Part shown: one piece after another, positions 12,486-25,110 of the stretch | Layout: each line of letters opens with the position of its first letter | How positions within the stretch are numbered: position 1 is the stretch's first letter | Assembly (NCBI RefSeq): GCF_000143415.4 | Contig: NW_003314396.1 | Span: 247,046 to 311,045 of the forward strand | Length of the DNA: 64,000 nt | Direction of reading: 5' to 3' | Source: Selaginella moellendorffii | Lineage: Eukaryota; Plantae; Lycopodiophyta | Notes under the pieces: model-generated | Databases searched by the model: none | Told to the model about the DNA's origin: nothing | The model's input: only the letters and a program-made list of their open reading frames with translations | Made by a program: the position numbers and the translations under genes

Positions 12486-13354
12486 CAATTCAGTAGCTTG
12501 ATAAACATGCAAATACAGAACTTGATGCAAAATCCTTTGATATGTCACAATGCCCCTAGGACCATAAACACATTTCAATAGAGAGGGTCCTTTCATTTCA
12601 TAACTCCTTACGTAGATCTTGGTGAAACCAGAGTTAGTGAAGTTAGTTTCTTGTGATCCCACATCTGATTGTGATGTCCCTTTGCAGTGTCGATGGAAAG
12701 GTCAATGCACACCAAACTGTAAAATCTTGGAGCAAAATAACGGTCGGATCTATGGCAAATGCCCCTGAAAAATAGTAAGGCTCGTGTGGTCTCATGTGGT
12801 GTCCGATCGAGATGCTTCTTTGCAGGGTCATCAAGAAAGACATTGTATACCATTCTGTAAAATTTAGTTGCGATCTAACGGTTGGATCTCCAGAAAACTC
12901 AAAACAATCTCACGCGTGTCAGAATATTCTAGGAATATACTCCTATGTGCCCCTGAAAATGGCATGCGGCCCCACGCCATTCAAGAGATAACACCAGATG
13001 ACACTGAGTATTTTTTGGTGCATTTTTTGGGATTTGAATACCATTCTTTATTTAGCTGAACATCTGGCATTTTTGGAAATACAAGATGCTTTGGAATATC
13101 CAATCATGCATGGTATAAATATAGCGAGGGTATTAAATGATATCCCAATCATGATCTTTCTTTTGGATTTCGCGTGCATGCAGTCCGAGGAATGATGACG
13201 TTGCGGATTTCTTTTGGATTTCACGTGCATACATGTGTGCGGCAATCCAGAAATTAATGGTGGCGCCCAAGTCCTAGGAATGATGACGTGGCAGGATTAC
13301 CAACTGTCGTGACATTTCGCGCGTGTGAGGTTAGGTTTTGCATTTTGCTTCGTA

Positions 13355-13520
13355 CTCGCGCTCGCACACTCACACTCGCATCGCGCTCGCACACTCACAC
13401 TCGCATCGCGCTCCCACTCGCGATCACGCTCACATTCGCGCTCATCTACCTTCTCTACAGGTTTCTCATGTGCATCGGCGTCCACTCGCGCTCGCATCGC
13501 GCTCGTGTGCATCGGCGTCC
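13355..13520. repeat. CG-rich ~24-bp tandem repeat in the putative 5' leader of the accessory gene
   Basis: Iterated ACTCGCATCGCGCTCGCACACTCAC-like units. Confidence 0.75.
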
Positions 13521-14216
13521 ACTTCAAGACACACCCAGTTTGTAACTTTGCCGCCAACTCCGCCGCCCACTCCGCCACCCACACACAGCCCACTTGGCGT
13601 CCCGGGAGATTTCAGCGCCACTCTCCAACTGTAAGTGGCAGAGTAGCCTTGCTGCTAAGATCCGCTGCACACACAGTGCACATTCGCCAGCGAGTCTGGC
13701 CTCGATTGTCACGCCTCCATTCGGCTTCAAATGGTAAGTCTTTTAGGCCAAGTAGAAAATGGCATGAGGCCATATGTCATTCAGTAGCAACATTGGCATG
13801 CACCGATTGGGCTCTCGAGTGCAGTCCGGTTACAGATGGCGTGTAGCCTCACGCCATCTTAGAATGCAGCCTCAAGACATCTGATGCAATGGTGAATGGC
13901 GTGTGGCCTCATGTTATTTCCAGCTGCTAGCTTTTCATCTGTCAGCTCTAATTGTTGTGCATTTCTGAACAGGCGAGGAATTGCGTTCTTCTTCCAGCCA
14001 CTGTCAATGTGGATGCAGAGAAGGGGGAGGAGCTCACCAGTTGGACTTTCAGGATGGAAGGCGAGGATCTGAGGCTGTACAACACAGATGGTGGGAGAAA
14101 AGAATGCATGGGGATCCTCATCCAAGTGACAGACACTCCATGCAGTTCCATGCAAGAATATGGACTGGCACTTGTGGTAGAGACAACGTCTGCCTTCAAG
14201 ATCCACCTTGCACATC

Positions 14217-15366
14217 TGTCGCGAATGTGACTTCAGGTATCGAAAGTTACCTGTCGGCCAGTCCTTACGGACACTCTTACCTTATTGCCACGATGGCAGG
14301 AGGTCGGTATTGCTGGACCCGTTATTAGTCTCCGCCTAAGCTAGTTGAGAAACTGGTCCTCGCGTGTGCCCTTGACCAGATGGGCATAAGGATGGAATTC
14401 CTAAGTGCTATTAGTCAAGCATACTTGACCTTTTTAGAGAAACTCATTCGTTGACTTGCACTTGCTAGTGTTGGGAACCCCCGCGATATTGAGCTTGGTC
14501 CCTCAATATCGCTAGATGATAGCTTACCGTGTCTGCCAAACACCCTCGCTATCATGCCCTTTGTGTTAGTCTCATTTTGGTCCCAAATGCTATTTATGGA
14601 AAGTGTTCAGATTGGCTCATTTGGCATATCTACGGAATGTAGAGATCGTCTTGAACACAATGGTGTTCGTCCCATGTCCAAATTCACAATCTAGGGACAT
14701 TCTATATTTAGTAAGTTTCGAGCTTGTCCTAGAAACTAACTCCTGATACTAAGGGAGGCTTGGGGTGAAAGCCCAAAGCGTGTGTTCCTCAAGGGGGGGG
14801 GGGGGGGGGCTATGGGGGGTTCCAAATGTATAGTAGGGATAGTGGGTAGGTCGGGCATGGCCGACGAACCTGAGGCATAGTCTAGCTCCCGCTTGCGTGC
14901 CTGTCCTTGTTCTACGTCCGGCTTGGGTCTAAGCCCAAGTTCCATTCCATGCTAGCTGGTGGAGTACCCATGTCCTCACGTTAGGCCACCGGTATGCCGA
15001 AATAGCGCCAGACTCCGTTTGGCTCCGTTTTGCGTGTTGGTCCTAGCATTGGGATGCTAGTTGCTCCAGGAGTGTTCCAAGTCGCTCCGGGCCCCTGTCC
15101 CTTCACTCCTTAGGCTGTATGCTCGGGAGTTGCTCCGTGGTTTGGTTCTTTCACTCCTTGGCTCCATGCTTGGGAGTTTGGCACCGTTCGTTCGTTCAGT
15201 GGCCCAAGGCTCTAAACCTCAGGTTCCTATGGACACGTGGCATGGACACGTGGCATGTGACATGTGGCATCTGTCACGTGGCACAAAGAGGGTTTAGGTT
15301 CCGCTTCGTGGTGTTATCCTATGGTAAATCACCATAGGATAAAGGGTCAAAACCACGTGCGCTACA
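14217..15366 (+). repeat. 5' LTR, family A
   Basis: Highly similar direct repeat of 20378-21501. Confidence 0.95.
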
Positions 15367-18300
15367 TTTGGTATCAGAGAATGAGTCTCAGCGAGTACTA
15401 TTCAATGAGATTGGGCAACTAGTCTCGTTGCATACGCAGAGATGAAAATGATGATCCGAGTGGGTACATGTTTGGGTGCAAAGACTTCACAATCGTTCCT
15501 TAGGTATGGATTTGGTTACCTTCTTGTACCGTAATTATGTGAGCTTGCTCTTGGGCTCATAAGATGGATTTGAGTTGTTTCGGTTGTACGAGTTTGTGCT
15601 TGGGCTCGTGAGTGAGGCACATTAGCAACTCAAGGTTACACTTTGAGTTGGCAGGATTAATGTTAGCCTATCGGTGGTTCCATGAGTTGTTCCATGTACC
15701 ATAGGTGAAAATAAACTTTCCCTGGGTTTGTTATGAGTGGCAAATAGGCTGGTCCGTAGCTGTTTAGCACGGCACTAGTGGATCCTTCCTAGGCATGATT
15801 ATAAGTGGAACAATTAAGACTATAGAGATTAGTCTATTGGTTCAAGTAGTCATGGCCGTGCTTTCTCATAAACTTTTCTTCAATTGAACTGAAGGCAATG
15901 TGAAAGCAAGCTTGAGGTTTGGTCAAAGATGAGACCGAAAAGAGAGTCATCGGGGACGAAGGATCAAATACGTAAATCATTTTCTCTTCTTGGAGAGATG
16001 ATCTGCAACGAGGTGTTAACTCATTACTTGTGTTCACATCATGCAATCAAGAGTCCCTATCTTGATGCATGTTGGAGATGGTGGTCTTACAATGGGGAGT
16101 TGTGGGATGGATAGCGGTGAAGCGCTAAACCATTTTGTCTAAGCTTGCTATTGGAAGACTTGGGTTGCAATGCTCAATTCTTCTTCGAGGAACCTTGCTA
16201 TTGCTCCTTGAGTAGCTTGGTGTTGGATTAGTTTTGAGTTTGGTCAGAAAGAGAGTGGCATGAGCTTATCCATGTGGTGAACAAAAGTTAGTGGTGTTGG
16301 GTGTTGTAAATCTCTATTGATAGGGTGTGGCATTTATGTTGCATTTTGTCGAATTGAGTTAGCACTTGATATTCATATAAACCTTTGTAGTAAGTGACAT
16401 GGGTATTTCTCATAGTGTTGCTTGATTGATGATCAAGTCATTGTGATTTATATCATATCCATGTGATAATAAGCAATGTGTTTACGAAGTTGCTTGGGTA
16501 AATGATGATCAACCCTAAAGTGGTTGATGGAGAAGCTAGTCTACTTGCATGTAGTAGCATTGTAGTAGCTTTGACTGGATTCTCTATAGTGGTCCATTAT
16601 GCTAAGCTTAAGTTGGTATCTTGTTTCCTTGAGTTGCCCATTGGTGTTGAAAAAGGGTTATAGCATTCACTTGCTATGACTTGTCGGTTGATCCATTAGC
16701 ACTTGGAGTAGATTGTTGGATGGAGAAGGTGTGTAGTTGAGGCATTGACATTGCTAACACTTGTGTTAGTGGAAGTGGCATTGTTATTTTGAGTGATGAG
16801 GAATTTTCCTTAGACCTTGATTTTTCATGTCATTTTTCTTGTTAGTGTTTTGACTTCACATTGAATCTTGAAAGTGATTGAAGAAGAGTGTTAGTGCAAT
16901 GTGGATATCCGAAGATGTGGTCTTCGTGATCAAGTTTTAGATATTCATTTAGCACTTTGCGGATGTCGGTGTTGGATATCGGAAAAATGGGTAAAGATGT
17001 TCGATGCTTAAGCATATTGATGGATCATGAGGATTTGTGTTGAGGTGAACCTATGTGAATTTGTTAGTAGGAGGAAGTTGGTTGAGTTTTGAAAGTTTGC
17101 ATTCCTGGACTGAGAGTCATTCTTTCTCTAGGATGGAAAATTTTCCACAAATTTTCTTAGACTTTTCCAATGGCTGATCTGTTAGTCACTTTGCTCGAAA
17201 ACCATTCCGTTTTCGTAAGCCAGTACAAACTGTTGAAGGGGGTGGAGTTGGCTTCGGTTGGCTTAAACCTTAGTAGATAGTTTGTATGATGCGGCCTGAA
17301 AGGGATGCTAACTTTTGGGGCTAAGGCAATTGAGTTGGATAGAGTCTGGAGTTGGTGTAGAAAAGTGGCCGTTGCGCTTTTCTAAGAAGGGTGACCCTTG
17401 TGCCTTTCTTTTGTAGCGTTATGCTCGGTGGCAAGTTGCACCTTGCATTTCACTAAGACTCGATGAGAGTAGTGAGCTCTCATTGATCTTGACTTAGTCT
17501 TGGTAGCACTACACCTTGACTGGGGATGGTGATGTTCAACTTAGTTGTTTGAGGTTGAGATGTTAGTACCCATTCTATAGCTTTGTCTATGAGGAGGTTG
17601 TGTACAGATATGAGTCCACCTCATGGTCTTCACTTTAGTTTTGACTGAGTGTTGATCACATAGCTAGCCTCTTCAAGGCATGCTCAGAGCTATTGACTAA
17701 ATGCATTAGTGAGCTTATTGCAGTTGAGTTAGATTCGAGTGGTCATTTAATTTGTGCTTGTCTATGAACTTTTATCTCGTACCTGGGGTATTATGTTCAT
17801 GTTGGACAAGTATGTAACTCGATGACATGAGTTAGTGTTCGGGTCTTGTGAAGGCAAGTTGAGGAGTGATTGTTAGTTGCTTTGCGACTAGTGATTATTT
17901 ATAGACTTTGTCAAGGACTGTTGACACTTGCTTTGCTCGATGATGATTTAGCAGTGATGGGCTTGCTTTACCGGAAGGTGTTGCAGAGGATCGTGTCGTT
18001 AGACTTACATGGGTTTTCCATGTTGGCATGTCGACTCTATCTTTGTTGATATCATTTGGTTGCGTTTAGTTCATGGTGTTAGATTTCATTGAGTCTTGGA
18101 CATGGTGAATCACTCCTTGATAAAGTGTTATCTGTAACTGAGTTTTGTTGGAGGATTTGTCTTGGATACTAACTAAAGTATCTTTGACTTTGGTTAGCTT
18201 GGTTGCTGGAGAGTTTTGAGTGGTGATTCACTCGTGCTTTCTTCTAGCTTTGTTTTGGTGTTGATGGCATTGAAGTGATGCTTTGTCATTGACATTGTTG

Positions 18301-20377
18301 ATATTGAGATCTGAGTGAAATGAGATATTCTTCCAAGGATTGATATTGAGTTTCATTAGTCTTGATGAATATAGTGTTGATGATTTGGCTATAACTTTGT
18401 GTTGTTGGCATTCATGCATTTGCTAGTTAGCAACTGTGTTGATGTTCAAATGAACTGAGTGGCAAGTTGAGTTAGTTGTGTTCTCGATGAGTTTGTTTAG
18501 TAAAGGTTGAGCTTTAAGCTTGTTCTTGAAAAGTGATTCAGTCGTGGACTATGCTAACTCTACAAGCGAAAGAGTTAGTGATCAATATTAGAAAGTTTGA
18601 ATCCTTATTGGGTTTGAATTGGAATATATTGATCATTGATGATTCCCCTTGTGCTTGTTACGATGTGAGCTACGTTTTGCTATAGATGGATTCATGGAGG
18701 ATCGATTAGATGATCACTTGTTAAGCATAACTTCGTTATGCTTGGCTTTTGGATTGATGTAGATATGCTCTTCATTAGCTTTCGCATTATAAAGTTTAGC
18801 TTATGGATGTATTGAAGGGGATATTGTGGTTCTACCATGATTTCTTCTTTAGCATTGAAGTTAGTTCGTGCGAGACTTGTGATCATTATTAGGCAAGACT
18901 TGGCTATAAGCTTCTTCAAACTTTTGGTCCTTTGAGTTTATTATGCTCATTATTCCATTTGTTAGAAGTTGTTGGGGGGAAGGCATTTTTGGCTCTTTAG
19001 CTTCAATGTACAAGTTAATATTTGCATTTAGCAATCATTGGTGATGATTGACTATCATCTAGGATAATTGATTATTCTTGTACGAGGTTTTGCTTGATTA
19101 TCATTGATCTAGATTGATTTGCTATTCTTCGGGATGGTGGATTCCTTCTAAGACGATGATTCTGCATATCTCTTATTGATGATGATTCTGCATATCTCTT
19201 ATTAATGGGATGATTAATATCTTTCATGATGGTTAGTTGTTCTCTTTGATGGCTTATGGCTTTTTGCAATACCACATGTTCTTTGTGGTTCGCTTTGGAT
19301 TGGTCTCTTGGGTTTGAGACATCAGTAGGATGTTGCTGACACTTGCTTAGGCAACTTGAGTTCCTTGGTGTTATTGGCTGGGATCTATCTGGATTGGCTA
19401 GTGCAATGGTTGATATGAACAAGCGTTTGTTTGCTTTGCAACATTCATTTTGTTCTGTTGATTATTGCTCGAGTTAGTTCTCATAGATTAGGATGTTATT
19501 TCCTTCGGGTGATACATTCGCGAGCATTGTGCTTATTAGTCAATGATACTTTGTGTTCTTTGAGTTGTGTTTTGTGAGTTGTTTGGCATGCTATCTGCCA
19601 TTTTCGGTAGTTCAATTTTATCATTGAGTTTCTTTGATGATCTACTTGCTATTGAATTTTGTTGGATAGTGATTCCTATGTTTACCAATTATAATGATCT
19701 TGGTGGTTCCTATACTATAATACTAGTTTATCGGATGATAACTTACTTGGAATACATTTGTGTTCTCATCTAAGCTTTATTCACTGATAATTAAATCTCT
19801 AAGATATCATTGTTTATGACTTTGATATAGTCCCTATATCTTGATCTTTGCGTTTGGGCCAGTATAGGCAGACTGGCTTCGGCACTTCGTGTGCATGTTG
19901 AAATCTCTAGTCATGGGGTAGCTACTGTCGACTGGTCACATAACCCGCCTCGTTGTCGATGTTCCTTATTCCGTTGAAAGGGCGTGACCGTGTAAACAAC
20001 TCTAATTGACTGTTTACAGTAGTCTATCTAAACCTTACCGACGGGTTTGGTTTCTTTGCTCAGGAGGGTTGGGGCCTCTGGCTTCTCTCTCTATGTCCCT
20101 GCGGGCAAGGCGTATCACACTTTTGTAGCTGGGTGACACCCAGAGCAGCAAGGGTGGCTGACTCCATTGGTCATTTCCTTGTCGGCGACGGCCGGAAGGT
20201 GTCTGAGCTGGTAGCGCATCCGCGTTAGACAAAGAGGTTGCCTCCTCACTCATTTAAGTTGGTGCATTTCTCACATAGTGTGCGTACCGTGAACTTTTTC
20301 TGGAGTTGTTTCCTTGGCGGTATTCTAGACTCGAGTGTGCATCGACGAGGACGTCAATTTTCCCAAGGGGGGGAGAG

Positions 20378-21501
20378 TGTCGCGAATGTGACTTCGGGTA
20401 TCGAAAGGTCGGCCAGTCCTTACGGACACTCTTACCTTACTGCCACGATGGCAGGAGGTCGGTATTGCTGGACCCGTTATTAGTCTCCGCCTAAGCTAGT
20501 TGAGAAACTGGTCCTCGCGTGTGCACTTGACCAGATGGGCATAAGGATGGAATTCCTAAGTGCTATTAGTCAAGCATACTTGACCTGGTTAGAGAAACTC
20601 ATTTGTTGACTTGCACTTGCTAGTGTTGGGAATCCCCGCGATATTGAGTTTGGTCCCTCAATATCGCTAGATGATAGCTTACCGTGTCTGCCAAACACCC
20701 TCGCTATCATGCCCTTTGTGTTAGTCTCATTTTGGTCCCAAATGCTATTTATGGAAAGTGTCCAGATTGGCTCATTTGGCATATCTACGGAATGTAGAGA
20801 TCGTCCTGAACACAATGGTGTTTGTCCCATGTCCAAATTCACAATCTAGGGACATTCCATATTTAGTAAGTTTCGAGCTTGTCCTAGAGACTAACTCCTG
20901 ATACTAAGGGAGGCTTGGGGTGAAAGCCCAAAGCGTGTGTTCCTCAAGGGGGGGGGGGCTATGGGGGGTTTCAAATGTATAGTAGGGATAGTGGGTAGGT
21001 CGGGCATGGCCGACGAACCTAAGGCATAGTCTAGCTCCCGCTTGCGTGCCTGTCCTTGTTCTACGTCCGCTTGGGTCTAAGCCCAAGTTCCATTCCATGC
21101 TAGCTGGTGGAGTACCCATGTCCTCACGTTAGGCCACCGGTATGCCGAAATAGCGCCAGACTCCGTTTGGCTCCGTTTTGCGTGCTGGTCCTGGCATTGG
21201 GATGCTAGTTGCTCCAGGAGTGTTCCAAGTCGCTCCGGGCCCCTGTCCCTTCACTCCTTGGGCTGTATGCTCGGGAGTTGCTCCGTGGTTCGGTTCTTTC
21301 ACTCCTTGGCTCCATGCTTGGGAGTTTGGCACCGTTTGTTCGTTCAGTGGCCCAAGGCTCTGAACCTCGGGTTCCTATGGACACGTGGCATGTGACATGT
21401 GGCATCTGTCACATGGCACAAAGAGGGTTTAGGTTCCGCTTCGTGGTGTTATCCTATGGTAAATCACCATAGGATAAAGGGTCAAAACCACGTGCGCAAC
21501 A
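20378..21501 (+). repeat. 3' LTR, family A
   Basis: Follows the PPT and ends at the TSD. Confidence 0.95.
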
Positions 21502-24500
21502 ACATCCTAGCGGCTTCCCGGAGGGGGGCAGCGGCTATGAGGAATTCCTAGAGGGAGCTAGGGAGAGGTTGTCTAGGAGGCCCACAATTTCAAAGACACT
21601 GCGGGTCTATGAAGATCATATGGAATCCATGGACCTCACCTACGGCGATGTTCAAAAACTATATTCCAACATTGAGCTGTTGAGAGTGCCTCCAGTTCGC
21701 GAAGCGAAGGGGAAGGGGGTCGATCTGGAAACTACCCTGAAGCAGAAAAGGGTGGTCAAGCTCAAGCCGACGTCCGACTCTCCTGCTCCAAAAAAGAAGC
21801 TACTCGGTGATGCCATTGCCTTGGGTTCGAACACTACACCCACCAAAAAGAAGAGCCGCAAAGAGCAGAAAGAGCAAGAAGAGGCATCAAAAATTGTCGC
21901 AGATAATAGTACTTGTTACTAATCCAACAAAGTATATACAATCGACGTGAGCCGTATCGACATCCAAAGCAAATACAACCACAGGATAGTATCTGATGAG
22001 TGGGTGGAGAAACTGAAGCAGAAGATGTTGGCAAGTCCAGTAACACCCGACATCGCAGACGTGATCCCCTACTACCGAATAATGAAGGGCGAGACGAGGT
22101 TTCCAGACTTGATCAATAGGAAGGTGTTGGACGATCAGAACATCCGGTTCTATGCCGTCTCCGGGCAGCATTCTAGCTTGGCAATGCAAGAGATAGTTGT
22201 GGATATTATGGTGGGCGAGGAGGTGAAGAAAGTCTTCAAGACAAGAGTTGTCCGCCTGATAAAAGGCAACTCGCCCCTCCGATCTATCATATACATCTCC
22301 CACGCGCAGAATGTCAAGCAAGAAACGTGCTACAAATCGGGTCTGCACCTCGCGGTTATGGCGTGTGTGCTCATGCCATTCATTGCAGATCAAGGGCTGA
22401 GTGAAAGCAGGCAGTCACCACCTCCTGACTCAGATTCCTATGGCGGACTCCCCTTCCCCAATCTCAATGGAGAGGTACAATGGATGAGGGATGCTTTTCA
22501 AGTCAGAGCCACGTTTTTCTCATCTCGCCGTCTTCGAAGGGTGCAAGAACGTGCAGAAACCATGTTAAGACAGTCGGGTGAGGATACGGTCCTAGGTCAT
22601 GCACTAAAACAGGCTATGGATGTCTTGTATTTTGAGATGGAGACTCGGCCAGATGATTTTCCCAAGATGGTCCTGGAAGAACAAGCCATCCAGCCTGAGC
22701 AGCCTATGGAAGAAATGCAGGAGGGGGATGAGGAGCCAGAGAAAGATAATGAGCAGGAAGAGCAGAAGGACGAAGAGGAGGACAAAGAAGAGGAGGATGA
22801 AGAGGACTTGGATGGTCCTCACAATGGTGATGATCACAATAACGACGACGACGATGATGACGACGATGGCCAGCCTGAGGTGGCCAAAGAGCAGCGGAGG
22901 AAGGTCATACAAGACAAACCATCAGGTAAATAATAGTACATCCATTCCTAACCTTTTACCATTTCTAACATTGTCCATGTAGGTCGCAGAGCAAATGGTA
23001 AGTAGAGATTATTCAGTTGAATTTACAAACTCTAGCCTTTAGTGTCGAGGAAGGATAGTGCCAAGCAAGGGTCGAAACGTATGTCCAATCCTTCAGAATC
23101 AGCAGTGCGCCCAAGTGATATCGGTCCTAGTTCCTCAATAGCAGTTGATGGTAAATACAGTATAGTCGATTCAATGTGCTAATGAGTTTGTTTTTAGTAG
23201 CACGGTAGGATACCATCTCAATCAAAGGGAGATATTTGGACATGCATATGGATCCGCCAGTGGACTCTACTTGCCTGCAAGAGTCATCAGAGCTGATGGA
23301 GGCTACTATCCATATCAACGCCAAGCAAGCTGACCACGCTCCACTTGATGCTGCCCATACCACTGAGTCAATCTTGTCCACGTATCCAACTGACGATGAC
23401 CAGGTGCCATTGGACCCGCATGAGGCCGCCCCAGCCGCCGAGCCGGTCGTATCCTCATTTCCAACGGACTCAACGTGTGCCCAATCATCTGACTACACGC
23501 CGTTGGAACCTCCCTACACCGCCCCTGCTGCCTGTTCGGTCATGTCCACTTTGCCGATGGAGGCACCAGCTGAAATGGCGTGTGATCACACGCCATCGGA
23601 ACCACCCCATGCCACTGTTGAGGCAGTTGTACCAGAGTCTACAGCTGAAATGGCATGTGCCCACACGCCATCGGATGCGATTGACCCCACATTGTAGAGG
23701 AGAGTATTTCCGCCCTTCACGTTTCCTCAACCAAAACCCTCTCAACGACCATCGGGAGCACCATTCACTAATATTGTAGATGGTAAAATTGACTTGTACC
23801 ATTTTTTATGCTGACGCATTTCATTTCAGAGTCACGGCGAAGGTACTGTATCGTTTTTTATCTGAATAGTGTCCTTTTCTCCCATGAGCGTGGCTCATCC
23901 TCGAATGTCACTGCACCCTCCAAAGCCTGCGGTCGCAAGTTGGTCAAAAGAGACAGATTCACATTAATCACACGGGAGAAACTGCGGGATCTAATAATGA
24001 CCATGCGACACTTAAAACAGAGGGCCGGGTTCAATTTGCAATTGGGAGTTTGGACATCCATGATGCGCCACAATGCATTAACGTTGCTACAGATGATGCA
24101 CGATCAGACGCGAGTAATATTACCATTTGACTTTCTTCTAACGCAGGAGGATTGCTTGACTATGGTCCATGTGAGGGGTAGCAAGCCCATCTTCGTCAAG
24201 CCAGAGGCTGTAGTGATGAACCAGACTGCTAGGTCAAGTGAAATCCTCATCATCGATGACTCGCCGATTAAAACTGCAGCGAACACGCACACATATGCAG
24301 TGCACCCCATCTCTTGCAGTATGGAAACTAGGGAGAAGAAACCGTATGTTCTGGGGGACCTTGCAAAACGGCTTGGAGCGATGGTGATAGAGAACTGGCC
24401 AGTCCAGGAGGTGGCTGCAGAAATCAATCAAATGGCAGATGGAATGGTATATCAGAAGCCATTTGATCGGACAGACACCAGTCATCATTTATGGCATGTA

Positions 24501-25110
24501 TATTGTCTAGCCAAGCACTATCTGCATCTCCATAATCTGCTCAACCGGATGGGTTCTTCGACCACTGAACATGAGCGTGGACGTATTAGAGAAGAGATGG
24601 CATTACTATTGGGTTTAAATCCTGATAGTGTGGAGAGTGATGAAATTCCAAGATTATTGTATAGGCGTTGGAGGCAAAAAATAACAGTCTGAGATGACAT
24701 GTATTTATTTAAAAATGTAACTTATTATGGCATGGGGTTCCATGCCATTGTATTAATATTAAAAGACAATTCTTTGAGAGGATTTGCATTATACTAGAAG
24801 TGTTACAGCATGTTATTGGAAGTCTACGAAGTTGTTTTATTAATAAGGGGAAAGTAAAGATTGAATGGGGACTTAGGCTCCACCTAGACTCGGAGCAACT
24901 GAGCCAATATTAAAAGGATGGAAAGAAATTGGACGACGATGACAAGGAGAAGAGAGAGGTGAAGCAGTGGCAGGGGGAGGAGAAGTGATTGAGTAGACAT
25001 TTCCTTGTTTAAAATAAAATGGCATGTGCCTCAATGCAGTTGAATTTTGTTATATTTATATACTATATAAAGGTTTGGAAACCTTATTTTACAAGTGGGA
25101 TAATGACAAT

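Larger units (their letters stand above)
14217..21501 (+). mobile_element. Complete family A non-autonomous LTR retrotransposon (LARD-like), 7285 bp
   Basis: LTRs 14217-15366 and 20378-21501 (TGTC...ACA), TSD ACATC (14212-16 and 21502-06), PBS 15369-79, PPT AAGGGGGGGAGAG 20365-77. The 5-kb interior has no long ORF. Confidence 0.96.
13731..24692 (+). pseudogene. Transposon accessory gene (~1050-1080 aa): ParB/Srx-like domain, acidic tract, low-complexity linker and FCP1/NIF-like HAD domain; disrupted by an LTR insertion
   Basis: ATG|GTAAGT at 13731. Exons 13973-14216 + 21507-22925 (frame restored by removing the insertion and one TSD), 22983-22997, 23043-23150, ~23198-23782 and 23830-24692, all GT-AG and phase-consistent. 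Stops at 21920, 23206 and 23695. Motifs VYTIDVSRI..YNHR..WVEKLK, FYAVSGQHSSLA, VFYLNSVL, LGVWTSMM, KPIFVK, ILIIDDSPIK. Confidence 0.75.

Noticed and set aside
7640-13918. Palindromic repeats as a CRISPR-like array
   Set aside because: Spacing is irregular, copies fall inside exons and introns, the context is eukaryotic and there are no cas genes.
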